A stretch of 64,000 bases of DNA, taken from contig DAHVLZ010000038.1 in NCBI GenBank assembly GCA_027320085.1, positions 64,001 through 128,000 of the forward strand, read 5' to 3'. Numbering within the stretch: the first letter of the stretch is position 1; each line of letters starts with the position of its first letter. The notes under the pieces were generated by a model. That model searched no databases and was not told the DNA's origin. It worked only from the letters and a program-made list of their open reading frames with translations. Positions 1 through 10,036 of this stretch are shown here, one piece after another. The DNA is from Pseudomonadota bacterium (GTDB taxonomy: Bacteria > Pseudomonadota > Gammaproteobacteria > JAKAQQ01). The position numbers and the translations under genes were made by a program.

Positions 1-277
1 GTATGAATCGGGGGTGCTGAAAGATGTCCCTCCGTATATGATGGTGTTTGGATCCCCGGCCAAACTGGTTGGTATCAATAAAGAGGGGCTCAAACGTTCG
101 GGATTTACAGCGGAGCAGATGCAGATCATCCGGAAAGCGTATCGAATCCTGTATCGCCGTGGTTTGCGGGTGGAAGAGGCGGTTGTTGAGTTACGCCGTG
201 AGCTTCTGGATTACCCGGATTTGCTAGCACCCATGCTCGAGGTGATTGAAAACTCCAAGCACGGTATCGCGCGTTGA
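1..277 (+). CDS. lpxA: UDP-N-acetylglucosamine O-acyltransferase, C-terminal part (gene runs off the left edge)
   Basis: KDVPPYMMVFGSPAKLVGINKEGLKRSGF...IRKAYRILYR matches the LpxA C-terminal helical domain; sits upstream of lpxB-rnhB-dnaE as expected. Confidence 0.93.
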   Translation, partial: YESGVLKDVPPYMMVFGSPAKLVGINKEGLKRSGFTAEQMQIIRKAYRILYRRGLRVEEAVVELRRELLDYPDLLAPMLEVIENSKHGIAR

Positions 278-278
278 G

Positions 279-1451
279 ATGCTCAAAGTCGCCTGTTGTG
301 TGGCTGAACTGTCCGGTGACCTCCTCGCCGCCGAGGCCCTGAAAACTCTCAAAACGCAGTTTCCCGACCTGTCTCTTCGGGGCGTCACGGGACCCCATCT
401 GCGTGAAATCGGATGTGAAACCTTGGCCGACACGGAATCCCTTTCGGTTTCCGGCATAACGGAGGCAGTACTCCATGTTCCGCGATTATGGAAACTTCGG
501 CAGCGGCTGTTTCGAGAAATCCTCAGGTGGCAGCCAGACTGTTTCCTGGGTGTGGATGCACCTGACTTTAATCTGGGATTGGAACGAAAGTTGCGGGAGG
601 CAGGGATTCCCACCTTCCATTATGTGAGTCCAACTGTCTGGGCTTGGCGTCCCCGACGGGTGAAACAGGTTGAACGGGCAGCGGATGGTCTATTCTGCCT
701 CTTTCCTTTTGAACCTGCCTACTATGCCCACACCTCCGTACGTGCTCTTTTCGTGGGGCATCCCCTTGCGGATCATCTTGACCCCGCACCTGACATCCGG
801 CAGGCTCGCCAAGATCTGGCCCTGAATCCTGACCAGCCCACAGTAGCCTTGGTCCCGGGAAGCCGCAGGCATGAACTGGATAGCATGGCGGGTCTTATCT
901 TTGAGGCTGCCCGCCTGTTGTCTGAAAGGAACCATTCCCTCCAATTTGTGGTGCCGGTAGCCTACCCTGCGCTACGGGATACCCTGGTCCATCTATGGGA
1001 AAAGACCGGAAATACCCTCCCGGTGCTCTGGCTCGACCGTCAGGCACCGCAAGCGATGCAAGCATCCGATATAGCCCTAGTGGCTTCTGGAACGGTTACT
1101 CTCGAAGGCATGTTGGTCGGTTGTCCAATGGTTGTAGCCTACCGCTTTTCGGCGCTCAGTGTGGCGATCGCCAAGGGAATTCTGGGCCTGCGGGTGAGAT
1201 GGGCGTCCTTCCCCAATTTGCTTGCCGATGAGCCACTCATCCCTGAATTTTTGCAAAATGAGGCCAAGCCGCAGGTATTGGCCCATGCCGTCCAAGATCT
1301 CTTGGATCATCCTGACCACTGTAAGGCGATCCGGGTTCGTTATGCAGAACTAGCCGAAATGCTGCGTCACGAGACAAACCAGACGGTCGCTGCTGAGCTG
1401 GCTTCAGCAATCGGCCGGTCAAGTTCTGGGCCAAGCTCAAATGGAAGATGA
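279..1451 (+). CDS. lpxB: Lipid-A-disaccharide synthase
   Basis: ELSGDLL, GVDAPDFN, HYVSPTVWAWR, FVGHPLAD, PGSRRHE and ASGTVTLE motifs; ATG 279 chosen just after the lpxA stop (ORF track starts at 246). Confidence 0.96.
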   Translation: MLKVACCVAELSGDLLAAEALKTLKTQFPDLSLRGVTGPHLREIGCETLADTESLSVSGITEAVLHVPRLWKLRQRLFREILRWQPDCFLGVDAPDFNLGLERKLREAGIPTFHYVSPTVWAWRPRRVKQVERAADGLFCLFPFEPAYYAHTSVRALFVGHPLADHLDPAPDIRQARQDLALNPDQPTVALVPGSRRHELDSMAGLIFEAARLLSERNHSLQFVVPVAYPALRDTLVHLWEKTGNTLPVLWLDRQAPQAMQASDIALVASGTVTLEGMLVGCPMVVAYRFSALSVAIAKGILGLRVRWASFPNLLADEPLIPEFLQNEAKPQVLAHAVQDLLDHPDHCKAIRVRYAELAEMLRHETNQTVAAELASAIGRSSSGPSSNGR

Positions 1452-2028
1452 TTCGAAAAACACCTGCTGGGCCGGTGTCGATGAGGTCGGAAGGGGACCC
1501 TTGGCCGGTCCCGTGGTTGCTGTTGCGCTATGGCTCCCGCCGGATCACCGGATCTCCGGGCTGAGAGATTCCAAGCAGCTGAGTCATGAAATGCGGGCTC
1601 GTCTGGTTCCCCAGATCCGGGCGGTAGCCCTGTCTCTGGCTATCGCCTCGGTAGCCGCGGAGGAAATTGATCGGATCAATATCCATTTTGCCACGTTGCT
1701 GGCCATGCGGCTGGCCGTGATGGCTTTGGTTCCCCGACCACCAGGTGTCTGGGTGGATGGTCGATTTGTTCCTCCTGTAGAAATCCCGGCAGAAGCACGG
1801 ATAGGAGCCGATGCCCGGTATGAGGTGGTCAGTGCTGCGTCCATTGTTGCCAAGGAGTACCGAGATCAGATGATGGCACACTGCGATCGCCTGTATCCCG
1901 GATACGGGTTTTCCCAGCACAAGGGATATCCCACTCCATGCCACCTTGAGGCCTTGGATCGGTTGGGGCCATGTCCACTCCACCGGACCACATTTGCGCC
2001 TGTTCGTGACCGGCTGGCCCGTACCTGA
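1441..2028 (+). CDS. rnhB: Ribonuclease HII
   Basis: AGVDEVGRGPLAGPVVA, DSKQL, VDG, SAASIVAKEYRD and HKGYPT motifs; synteny. Confidence 0.97.
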   Translation: MEDDSKNTCWAGVDEVGRGPLAGPVVAVALWLPPDHRISGLRDSKQLSHEMRARLVPQIRAVALSLAIASVAAEEIDRINIHFATLLAMRLAVMALVPRPPGVWVDGRFVPPVEIPAEARIGADARYEVVSAASIVAKEYRDQMMAHCDRLYPGYGFSQHKGYPTPCHLEALDRLGPCPLHRTTFAPVRDRLART

Positions 2029-2039
2029 GGAAAGCCCTC

Positions 2040-5000
2040 TTGCGACATCCCTTTGTCCATCTTGATGTCCACACAGAGTTTTCACTCATCGATAGTGTCA
2101 TCCAGATCCCTGACTTGGTCCGGAAGGCCCGTGAGCTGGACATGCCCGCCATTGCGGTGACGGACCAGGGTAACCTCTTTGGAGCCGTCAAGTTTTTTGA
2201 AAATGCGGTGGCCCAGGGAATCAAGCCGCTCGTAGGAGCTGAAATCTGCTTGGCCACGGAAGAAACCCGCAGCCCGGTCGAGAAAGTCCGGGTTCTATGC
2301 CGGAGTCTGAACGGTTATCAAAATCTCTGCCGGTTATTCGACGCCAGGGCAAATTCCCAAGAAGGCATTGCAAGCCCGGTACGGAAAAGCGCCTTGGCCG
2401 AGGCTTCGCTGGATGGGTTGGTGATCCTGGCCGGAGCCGAAAGCGCCATTGGACGGTTCGCTCTTCAGGACCAGGAAATGGACGCACAGCGGGAAATCGA
2501 GCGGTGGGCACGAATTGCGGGATCCGATTTTTATCTGGTGGTCTCCAGGATCGGCAGCCCTCAGGAAGAACTCTTAAATGACCGGCTATGTGACCTGGCT
2601 GAACGGAATGGTATACCCCTGGTTGCAACGAATGCGGTTCGGTTTTTGACCCCCGATGATTATGAAGCGCATGAAGCCCGTGTTTGCATCCAGCATGGCT
2701 GGGTCCTGAACGATCCCGCACGCGAACGGCGATATACGGAGCAGCAGTATCTGAAATCAGGACAGGAGATGGAGGAACTCTTCGCAGACTGGAGTGAGGC
2801 GGTTTCCAACACCCTCGAGGTGGCGAGACGATGCAACTTTGAATTTTCGATGAACCGGATCCTGCTGCCGGCGTACCCGGTTGCCTCAAGCCAAGGGGTA
2901 GAGGAAGCCCTCCGTCAAAGGGCTTTGGAGGGTTTCACTAAAAGGAGCGAGCGGGTCCGGCTCCGGCGTGGAGCGGCCTTTCTGGAGGCATCCTACCGGG
3001 AGCGGCTTGAGACTGAGCTTGATGTCATTGGCCGAATGGGATTTGCCGGATATTTCCTGATTGTTTCGGATTTCATTGATTGGGCCCGATCAAAGGAAAT
3101 CCCCGTGGGTCCGGGTCGGGGATCAGGGGCCGGATCCCTGGTTGCCTATACGCTCGGGATTACGGATCTGGACCCGCTGGAACATGGGTTACTTTTCGAG
3201 CGTTTCCTGAATCCGGAACGAGTGACCATGCCTGATTTCGATGTGGACTTCTGCATTGAAGGACGTGATCAGGTGATTCGTTACGTGGAGGATCGCTACG
3301 GACGAAAACAGGTTGCCCAGATTGCCACCTTTGGCACCATGGCTGCAAGAGCTGTGGTACGGGATGTCGTGCGGGTTTTGGGGTTGCCCTATGGTTTTGC
3401 GGATCGACTCGCGAAACTAATTCCATTCGAGCTTCACATGACCCTTGATCGTGCGCTTGCAGAAGAACCAGAGCTGAAATCCTGGTATGACTCGGATGAG
3501 ACAGTAAAAACCGTCGTTGACCTGGGACGAAAACTGGAGGGGCGGGTTCGTTCAGTGGGCAAGCATGCGGGTGGTGTCGTCATTGCGCCGACTTCGCTGA
3601 CGGACTATTTGCCGCTGTTCAATGACACCGATTCCAACGGTTTTATCACCCAATACGACAAGGATGATCTTGAACACCTGGGGCTCGTCAAGTTTGATTT
3701 TCTTGGCCTTACGACACTCACGATCATTGACCGGACTGTCCGCCGGATCCAGTCGCTCAAGGACCAGGAGATTTTCACCCTGGATCAGATCTCGATGCAC
3801 GATGCGGCCACTTTTCATCTTCTCCAGTCGTGTGAGACAACGGCTATTTTCCAGCTTGAATCCCGCGGCATGAGAGATCTGATCCGTCGGCTCAAGCCAG
3901 ACCGCTTTGATGACGTCGTCGCGCTGGTTGCACTTTTCCGCCCCGGTCCCCTGCAGTCGGGTATGGTCAGTGATTTCATCAATCGTAAACATGGGCAGGC
4001 TCCGATCACTTATCTTCATCCGACATTGAAGCCGATTCTCGCGGATACCTATGGGGTTATTTTGTATCAAGAGCAGGTCATGCAGATCGCCCGGGATCTT
4101 GCCGGTTATAGCTTGGGGGCGGCTGACCTTCTGCGGCGGGCGATGGGTAAGAAAAAGCCCGAGGAGATGGCACAGCAACGGAGTGGTTTTGTGACAGGGG
4201 CTGTGTTGCGAAAAATTCCGAAGCAGACGGCGGAAGAAATATTCGATTTAATGGAAAAATTCGCGGGCTACGGGTTTAACAAGTCTCACTCCGTGGCTTA
4301 TGCCTTGCTGGCCTACCAGACCGCTTGGCTCAAGGCACATTTCCCGGCCCCTTTTATGGCTTCGGTCCTGACGGCAGAAATGGGGCATCTGGAAAAATTG
4401 CCTCCGCTTTTGACCGACTGTACCCGGAGAGACCTGCAAGTTCTGCCCCCGGATATTAATCGCTCAGAATACGGATTTTTGGTCGAAGAAGGAGGGATCC
4501 GCTACGGTCTCGGTGCCATCAAGGGCGTGGGCCAGTCGTTTTCCGAGTCGGTTGTGCGAACGAGAGCATCCGCCCCTTTCGCGGGTCTTGAGGATTTCTG
4601 CCAGCGCATGGGTCCAACGCTCAATCGTCGAACCTTTGAGGCCCTGATTAAATCGGGTGCTTTTGACGGCTTTGGGACTTCGCGGTCTCAACTGTTGGCC
4701 CGGATCAACTCTCTGATGGCCCTGGCTGAACAGTATGTCCGTTCTGACCATCAAAATGATTTTTTTGGGCTGCCAGGTGAGGCCCGTTACGAGGAGGATC
4801 CGGCTGCTCAAGAATTAACCTCGGTGAAAGCGAGCTTCCTGGAAACCTTGGAGCAGGAAAAGGAGGTTTTGGGTTTTTACTTGAGTGGACATCCGATGGA
4901 ACTGTACCGGCAAGAATGGGCCGACTTCGGGCTGCGTCCTCTCTCCGAGTCCTTGCGTCAGGTGGAAAACGCCTCAACACCGCTGCAACTGACGGTGGGT

Positions 5001-5561
5001 GGCCTGCTTGATTCCATGCGTTGGAAGCCGGACCGTGGTCATGGTTTTCTGGAGGATGGGACAGGCCGTATTGAAGTCGTATTGTTTGGAGAGGATTTGG
5101 TCAAGGCCTTCAGGAAAGTTTCCTCCAATACACCTGTGGTGGTTCAGGGATCAGTAGGTTTTGATGAATATGCCGGAGACTGGAGATTCAGGGTCAAGAA
5201 TGTCGAGCTCTATGACCGATGGCGTGCGTTGAATTGCCGACTGCTGGTTCTGTCGTGGCATGATCGCGAGGAGGGGAGGAATTTTCCGGGTCGGCGAGTG
5301 ATTGAGTTGTTGCAGCAGCATCGGGGGGGGGCGACCGGACTCCGTATCCGTTATACGACAAGGGGGATCCAGGCCGTTTTACGACCCCGGGAGGAGCCCG
5401 GGATTAGGCTTTCATCCGATCTGCTGGATGCCCTTAGGGAGCTCTTGGGGGCCGAATCCATTCGATTTGTGCCCTCGAAACAGCCGGCCCCGGGTGGGAA
5501 GAACTTAGACCCACGAAATACGGGAACAGCCGGTTTGCGTGGATGGGCTGCGAGCCGTTGA
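2040..5561 (+). CDS. dnaE: DNA polymerase III alpha subunit
   Basis: N-terminal PHP domain (HLDVHTEFS), GPGRGSGAGSLVAY, FERFLNPER, PDFDVDF, KFDFLGL, FAGYGFNKSHS; TTG start. Confidence 0.98.
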   Translation: MRHPFVHLDVHTEFSLIDSVIQIPDLVRKARELDMPAIAVTDQGNLFGAVKFFENAVAQGIKPLVGAEICLATEETRSPVEKVRVLCRSLNGYQNLCRLFDARANSQEGIASPVRKSALAEASLDGLVILAGAESAIGRFALQDQEMDAQREIERWARIAGSDFYLVVSRIGSPQEELLNDRLCDLAERNGIPLVATNAVRFLTPDDYEAHEARVCIQHGWVLNDPARERRYTEQQYLKSGQEMEELFADWSEAVSNTLEVARRCNFEFSMNRILLPAYPVASSQGVEEALRQRALEGFTKRSERVRLRRGAAFLEASYRERLETELDVIGRMGFAGYFLIVSDFIDWARSKEIPVGPGRGSGAGSLVAYTLGITDLDPLEHGLLFERFLNPERVTMPDFDVDFCIEGRDQVIRYVEDRYGRKQVAQIATFGTMAARAVVRDVVRVLGLPYGFADRLAKLIPFELHMTLDRALAEEPELKSWYDSDETVKTVVDLGRKLEGRVRSVGKHAGGVVIAPTSLTDYLPLFNDTDSNGFITQYDKDDLEHLGLVKFDFLGLTTLTIIDRTVRRIQSLKDQEIFTLDQISMHDAATFHLLQSCETTAIFQLESRGMRDLIRRLKPDRFDDVVALVALFRPGPLQSGMVSDFINRKHGQAPITYLHPTLKPILADTYGVILYQEQVMQIARDLAGYSLGAADLLRRAMGKKKPEEMAQQRSGFVTGAVLRKIPKQTAEEIFDLMEKFAGYGFNKSHSVAYALLAYQTAWLKAHFPAPFMASVLTAEMGHLEKLPPLLTDCTRRDLQVLPPDINRSEYGFLVEEGGIRYGLGAIKGVGQSFSESVVRTRASAPFAGLEDFCQRMGPTLNRRTFEALIKSGAFDGFGTSRSQLLARINSLMALAEQYVRSDHQNDFFGLPGEARYEEDPAAQELTSVKASFLETLEQEKEVLGFYLSGHPMELYRQEWADFGLRPLSESLRQVENASTPLQLTVGGLLDSMRWKPDRGHGFLEDGTGRIEVVLFGEDLVKAFRKVSSNTPVVVQGSVGFDEYAGDWRFRVKNVELYDRWRALNCRLLVLSWHDREEGRNFPGRRVIELLQQHRGGATGLRIRYTTRGIQAVLRPREEPGIRLSSDLLDALRELLGAESIRFVPSKQPAPGGKNLDPRNTGTAGLRGWAASR

Positions 5562-5889
5562 TTGCCCCTCCTGTGTCTCGACCGGCAGTAAACCCAAGTT
5601 TACCCTTCTTTTCCAGTGCATCGGACGTTTTTCGACTGTTGCCAGGATGGCTCGAGAATCGGTTTTGGCCGATGAAATGCCGAGCGTATTGTCGGTGGGG
5701 TGAGGCAAGCAGCCGGTCGTCTTTTTGCACAGTTCGAGATCGAGAAAATGGGAGGGACTCTGCTGGATTTGTATTCCTCGCTTGAAACTCTGGCACAATA
5801 ATCGGGATACGGCTGCAGGCCGGTACGCAGAACCCCTGACACCGGCAGGTCCTCGTGTTTTGGTTGTAAAACCTGGAAGATCCTGAGAC

Positions 5890-6843
5890 ATGCAGAGCCA
5901 TTTTCTGGATTTTGAAACCCCTATTGCTGAAATTGAGGCGCAGCTCGTTGAGCTCAGGAGGCTCAAGGAGTCTGGGGAAGCTGTGGATGAAGAAATTGCA
6001 CGATTGTCCCGGCTCAATCAGGAGAAAACCCAAGCCATATTTTCAAACCTGGATCCTTGGAAGATTACGCAACTTTCCCGGCATCCCCAAAGACCTTACA
6101 CGCTGGACTATGTTGCCCATCTCTTTACGGACGTCGAGTTCCTCGCCGGCGACCGGTGTTTTGCCGACGATCCATCTTTGGTGGGAGGGGTGGGCCGCTT
6201 CGAAGACCACCCCATTCTTTTCCTGGGCCACCAGAAGGGGCGTGACGTCAAGGAAAAGGTGGCCCGTAATTTTGGCATGCCAAAGCCCGAGGGTTATCGC
6301 AAGGCATTGCGCCTGATGCGTCTGGCGGAAACCTTTCGCCTGCCCATCCTGACTTTTATCGACACCCCGGGAGCTTACCCCGGGGTAGATGCTGAAAAAC
6401 ACAACCAGAGCGAGGCGATCGCGCGTAATCTTGAAGTCTTGGCCCAGTTACGCGTCCCCATTATCTGTTGCGTCATCGGTGAGGGCGGGTCTGGTGGAGC
6501 ACTGGCCATTGGTGTGGGAGATCGGCTTCTCATGCTCCAATACAGCATTTATTCGGTGATTTCACCCGAGGGTTGTGCCTCGATTCTCTGGAAAAGTGCT
6601 TCCAAAGCCCCGGAAGCGGCTGCCACGCTGGGTCTTACAGCGGACAGAATCCTGGATCTTGGACTGGTCGATGAGATCATTCCGGAGCCCCCGGGAGGCG
6701 CCCACCGGGATTTTGCCACAACCATGAAATCGGTCAGGGCTGGGATTGCCAAACACTTGTCTGTGCTGCTGTCCAAGCCGCTGGATGATATGGTTGCCGA
6801 ACGTCTTAATCGTCTCATGCATTTTGGGGTGTATACCAACTGA
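5890..6843 (+). CDS. accA: Acetyl-CoA carboxylase carboxyltransferase alpha subunit
   Basis: [55 protein letters not shown]. Confidence 0.98.
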   Translation: MQSHFLDFETPIAEIEAQLVELRRLKESGEAVDEEIARLSRLNQEKTQAIFSNLDPWKITQLSRHPQRPYTLDYVAHLFTDVEFLAGDRCFADDPSLVGGVGRFEDHPILFLGHQKGRDVKEKVARNFGMPKPEGYRKALRLMRLAETFRLPILTFIDTPGAYPGVDAEKHNQSEAIARNLEVLAQLRVPIICCVIGEGGSGGALAIGVGDRLLMLQYSIYSVISPEGCASILWKSASKAPEAAATLGLTADRILDLGLVDEIIPEPPGGAHRDFATTMKSVRAGIAKHLSVLLSKPLDDMVAERLNRLMHFGVYTN

Positions 6844-6872
6844 AACCATCGAACCGGGTCAACGCTCACGCA

Positions 6873-8258
6873 TTGAAGGAAATCCTGGAAGAGGTTCCGA
6901 ACGGAAAAGGCTATTTGGTTGCCTGTTCAGGAGGGCTCGATTCCACAGTCCTCCTGCATGTCCTTTCTCACCATCGCGATCTTTTTCCTTTGCCCTTGCG
7001 GGCCATTCATGTGGACCACCACGCGCATCCCGCAGCCACGCTGTTCAGGGACTTCGTCTCTGAATGGGCAACCCGCTGGCAGGTCCCCCTGATCCTGGCT
7101 GAGATCCGGGTGCCTGACCGGACCCCCGAAGGATGGGAGGCAACTGCACGCCGTCTTCGCTACGAGTCGGTGGCCCGTCATCTGCTTCCGGGAGAAATTT
7201 TACTTACGGCGCATCATGCCGATGATCAGCTGGAGACGGTTTTGCTCAATTTGTTGCGGGGTTCCGGACACCAAGGATTGCGGGGTATGTCCCACCGTAT
7301 CCAGCCACTGGGTGAAGGTTTCCTGTTTCGCCCGTTGTTGGGTTTTTCACGAAAGGAACTGAGAGCGTATGCAGAGTGGGCAGGGATTCGATGGCTGGAG
7401 GATCCGACTAACCGGAATACGGTATCGTCTCGAAACTACTTGAGGTCGCAGGTAATCCCCGCCCTCGCCGAGCGCTGGCCTGAGGCCAGCCGCAAAACGA
7501 CCCTGTGCACCAGCCTGCTGGAAACGGAGCAGGAAATCTTATCCGACTTCCTCGAGAAAACCCTCGATTCGGTTTCTGAACCGTCCTGGGGAGGACTTTC
7601 CATCCAGGAACTGGAAAAACAGGAAGAAAAACGATTGCCGATCCTTCTCCGTGCCTGGATCAGGCAGTTGCAGGCTCCACCCCCTCCTCAGAAGTGCCTT
7701 GAAGTGTTGATCCGTAATTTTTTCTCAGAAAGGCGGAATCACGCTGAGGTCAGGTGGAAGGGCCACCTCTTGGTTACTTATGATGGCTGCCTTTTTCTGG
7801 TTCCCCCGATGCCAGATCCGCCACAAAGTCCGCTCTCCGATTTTGATCCGGAAAAGGGACGGTGGATCCTCTGGCCCGGTTGGGGTTGTCTCGAACTGAA
7901 CCCAGGTATGCGAGATCGGATTTCCAGTGTGACCGAGAACCCCGCGGAATGGCGGGTTTTTGTCCGTGCCGGAGGCGAACGCCTGCACTGGCACCATGCC
8001 GGCCATCATGTTGTTCTCAAGGAATTGCTCAGGGAAATGCGTATGCCACCCTGGTTGCGCCAGCGTACGCCGGTTCTCACCTGGAAGGGCTCCATTTTTT
8101 CTATCGGCAGCTGGTTCTGGGACGGGACTCGCTGGAATGGGGGCCCGGGGAAGAGCGCAGGTCCCGTGATTTGGGTACCAGAACACCCGGGATTGCGGCG
8201 CGAGTGCTCTCGCTATACGAGTTTTCTAGAGACTCGGCAATCAATCCACAGGTCGTGA
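6873..8258 (+). CDS. tilS: tRNA(Ile)-lysidine synthetase
   Basis: PP-loop ACSGGLDS, ARRLRY, TAHHADDQLET, RPLL, EDPTN, RNYLR; follows accA. Confidence 0.95.
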   Translation: MKEILEEVPNGKGYLVACSGGLDSTVLLHVLSHHRDLFPLPLRAIHVDHHAHPAATLFRDFVSEWATRWQVPLILAEIRVPDRTPEGWEATARRLRYESVARHLLPGEILLTAHHADDQLETVLLNLLRGSGHQGLRGMSHRIQPLGEGFLFRPLLGFSRKELRAYAEWAGIRWLEDPTNRNTVSSRNYLRSQVIPALAERWPEASRKTTLCTSLLETEQEILSDFLEKTLDSVSEPSWGGLSIQELEKQEEKRLPILLRAWIRQLQAPPPPQKCLEVLIRNFFSERRNHAEVRWKGHLLVTYDGCLFLVPPMPDPPQSPLSDFDPEKGRWILWPGWGCLELNPGMRDRISSVTENPAEWRVFVRAGGERLHWHHAGHHVVLKELLREMRMPPWLRQRTPVLTWKGSIFSIGSWFWDGTRWNGGPGKSAGPVIWVPEHPGLRRECSRYTSFLETRQSIHRS

Positions 8259-8266
8259 ATGCGGCC

Positions 8267-9262
8267 TCAATGCCAGGGACGGTGATAGGCTCCCAGCGTG
8301 GTTTGAGCACCCTCTGCCAATCGTGTCAATCCCGCCTGCCAATCGGGATCCGGTCGATAGCGCTCCGGATGGTTCAGGCAGGCATCGATCGCAGCCCGGA
8401 GGATCGTGGTGACCTGGCGGACGTAGGAAGGGCCTCGTTGGCGCCCCTCCACCTTGAGAGCCTGCACTCCAGCCCGCATGAGGGACGGCAGGATGTCTAG
8501 GGTATTGAGGCTGGTGGGTTCTTCCAGCGCGTAGTACACGGACTCTTCCACCTGGTAACGGCCCTTGCACAAGGTTGGATAAGCCGCCTTTTCAGTTCCC
8601 CGGTATCGGTCGACCAAGACCTCATTGACCCGCGCTTCCAGTCCGGCAGGGGTCCGTGCCCAGTGAACGTGTGAAGCCGGTGAGCAGGCACCGTAGCTAT
8701 TGGGCGATCGGCCTGTAACATAGCTGGATAAAAGGCAGCGTCCTTCGGCCATGACACATAAACTCCCGAATCCGAAAACCTCGATAGCGACAGGGGCCTG
8801 GCGGACAATGGCCGAAACCTGCCGCAACGATAAAACACGAGGTAGCACGGCGCGCCGAATGCCGAACAGCCGCTGATAAAAACCAAGTGCTTCCCGGTTG
8901 GTCGCAGAGGCTTGAACCGAGAGGTGAAGGGGCATGTCCGGCCATTTGTCTCTTGCGTATTCCAGAAGGCCGAGATCCGCCAGAATGAGTGCATCCACCT
9001 CCTCTGTGGCCGCCGTGTCAACGGCGGCGGTCCAAAGTGGCCATCCCGCCGGTTGAGGGTAAGTGTTGATGGCGACGAAGATCCTTTTTTGCTTCCTGTG
9101 GACGTAGTGAACGGCCTCGCGCAAGGATTCTGGAGTGAAGTTAAGACCCGGAAAATGTCGGGCATTGGTTGCATCCCGAAATCCGGTATAAACCGCATCT
9201 GCGCCATGATCAATGGCTGCTCGCAACGAACCCATATTTCCGGCAGGGCAGACCAGCTCCAC
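8267..9262 (-). CDS. ubiU: O2-independent ubiquinone biosynthesis protein UbiU (U32 peptidase family, Fe-S)
   Basis: MELVCPAG, TNARHFPGLNF, HLSVQAS, LPRVLS; four Cys ligands in GSLCVMAEGRC...GACSP...PTLCKGR; KVEGRQR; GTG start with GAGGAG RBS. Confidence 0.95.
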   Translation of the reverse strand: MELVCPAGNMGSLRAAIDHGADAVYTGFRDATNARHFPGLNFTPESLREAVHYVHRKQKRIFVAINTYPQPAGWPLWTAAVDTAATEEVDALILADLGLLEYARDKWPDMPLHLSVQASATNREALGFYQRLFGIRRAVLPRVLSLRQVSAIVRQAPVAIEVFGFGSLCVMAEGRCLLSSYVTGRSPNSYGACSPASHVHWARTPAGLEARVNEVLVDRYRGTEKAAYPTLCKGRYQVEESVYYALEEPTSLNTLDILPSLMRAGVQALKVEGRQRGPSYVRQVTTILRAAIDACLNHPERYRPDPDWQAGLTRLAEGAQTTLGAYHRPWH

Positions 9263-9368
9263 GGGTACTCCTCGCGATCTCGCATGATGATTCCATGGCT
9301 ATGGTATAGCGGAGCGGGTCCGTGCTTCAGGCCGGGAGGCTGCATTCACTGCTTTTTCAAACGAAAGC

Positions 9369-9410
9369 TTGACGAAAGTCAAATCGATGAAGCAAGGCCC
9401 CCGCTATGAT
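9369..9410 (+). promoter_or_regulatory. FNR/Anr-type site with class II promoter for ubiT
   Basis: Perfect palindrome TTGAC-GAAA-GTCAA at 9369-9382 (FNR consensus TTGAT-N4-ATCAA) and TATGAT -10 at 9405-9410; this puts the box centre at about -41.5. Confidence 0.8.
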
Positions 9411-9465
9411 CTACATGTTTTTGGTCAATCCAGGTTGAGTGCGCCATGACTCGTAAGGCAAGGCG

Positions 9466-10029
9466 ATGGGCATGAGTCTGGGTATCCGTTCGGTTTTGAC
9501 CGACACGCTAGAAGAATCCTTCCGCCGGATTCCCCATGGTTGCCAGCAGTTAAGCTTGGAGCTTTTTCTCAACCTTTTTTTCACGTCCCACCGACATCGG
9601 GGTGACCTTGATTTTTTGGAAGGGCATCTTCTTGCCATTGAGGTCGAGGACCTCAATTGGCGCTGGCCCATCACGGTTCGGAATCACAGCATCCAGGTCT
9701 TGCCGAAAACCACTCCAGCCGATACAGTGATCCGGAGTCAATTTTCCGATCTTTTGGCTTTAATGTTTCAGGAGGTTGATCCGGATACTCTTTTTTTCCA
9801 GCGTCGGCTGGTTATTGAAGGAGAGACTGAAGTAGGCCTGGGGTTCAAAAATTTTATAGAGGGTTTATCTCCGTCCCACTGGCCTGCTCCATTCCGGCTT
9901 GGTTGCTACGGCCTGAGGAAAATCCGGCAGTCATGCCGGAACCACCAGCCTGCCATAAAAATGGAAAACATCTGTTCTGATCCTGGCCATGATGTGGCAC
10001 GATCAAAGGCATCTCGCAGAAACACGTGA
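9466..10029 (+). CDS. ubiT: Anaerobic ubiquinone biosynthesis accessory factor UbiT (SCP2 domain)
   Basis: GDLDFLEG, DPDTLFFQRRLVIEGETEVGLGFKN; adjacent to ubiU and ubiV. Confidence 0.92.
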   Translation: MGMSLGIRSVLTDTLEESFRRIPHGCQQLSLELFLNLFFTSHRHRGDLDFLEGHLLAIEVEDLNWRWPITVRNHSIQVLPKTTPADTVIRSQFSDLLALMFQEVDPDTLFFQRRLVIEGETEVGLGFKNFIEGLSPSHWPAPFRLGCYGLRKIRQSCRNHQPAIKMENICSDPGHDVARSKASRRNT

Positions 10030-10036
10030 CTGCGAA

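Noticed and set aside
2040-5561. Intein or active PHP proofreading site in DnaE
   Set aside because: Length is normal for DnaE, and the PHP metal ligands are degenerate (TDQG, TNAVR) as in typical gammaproteobacterial DnaE
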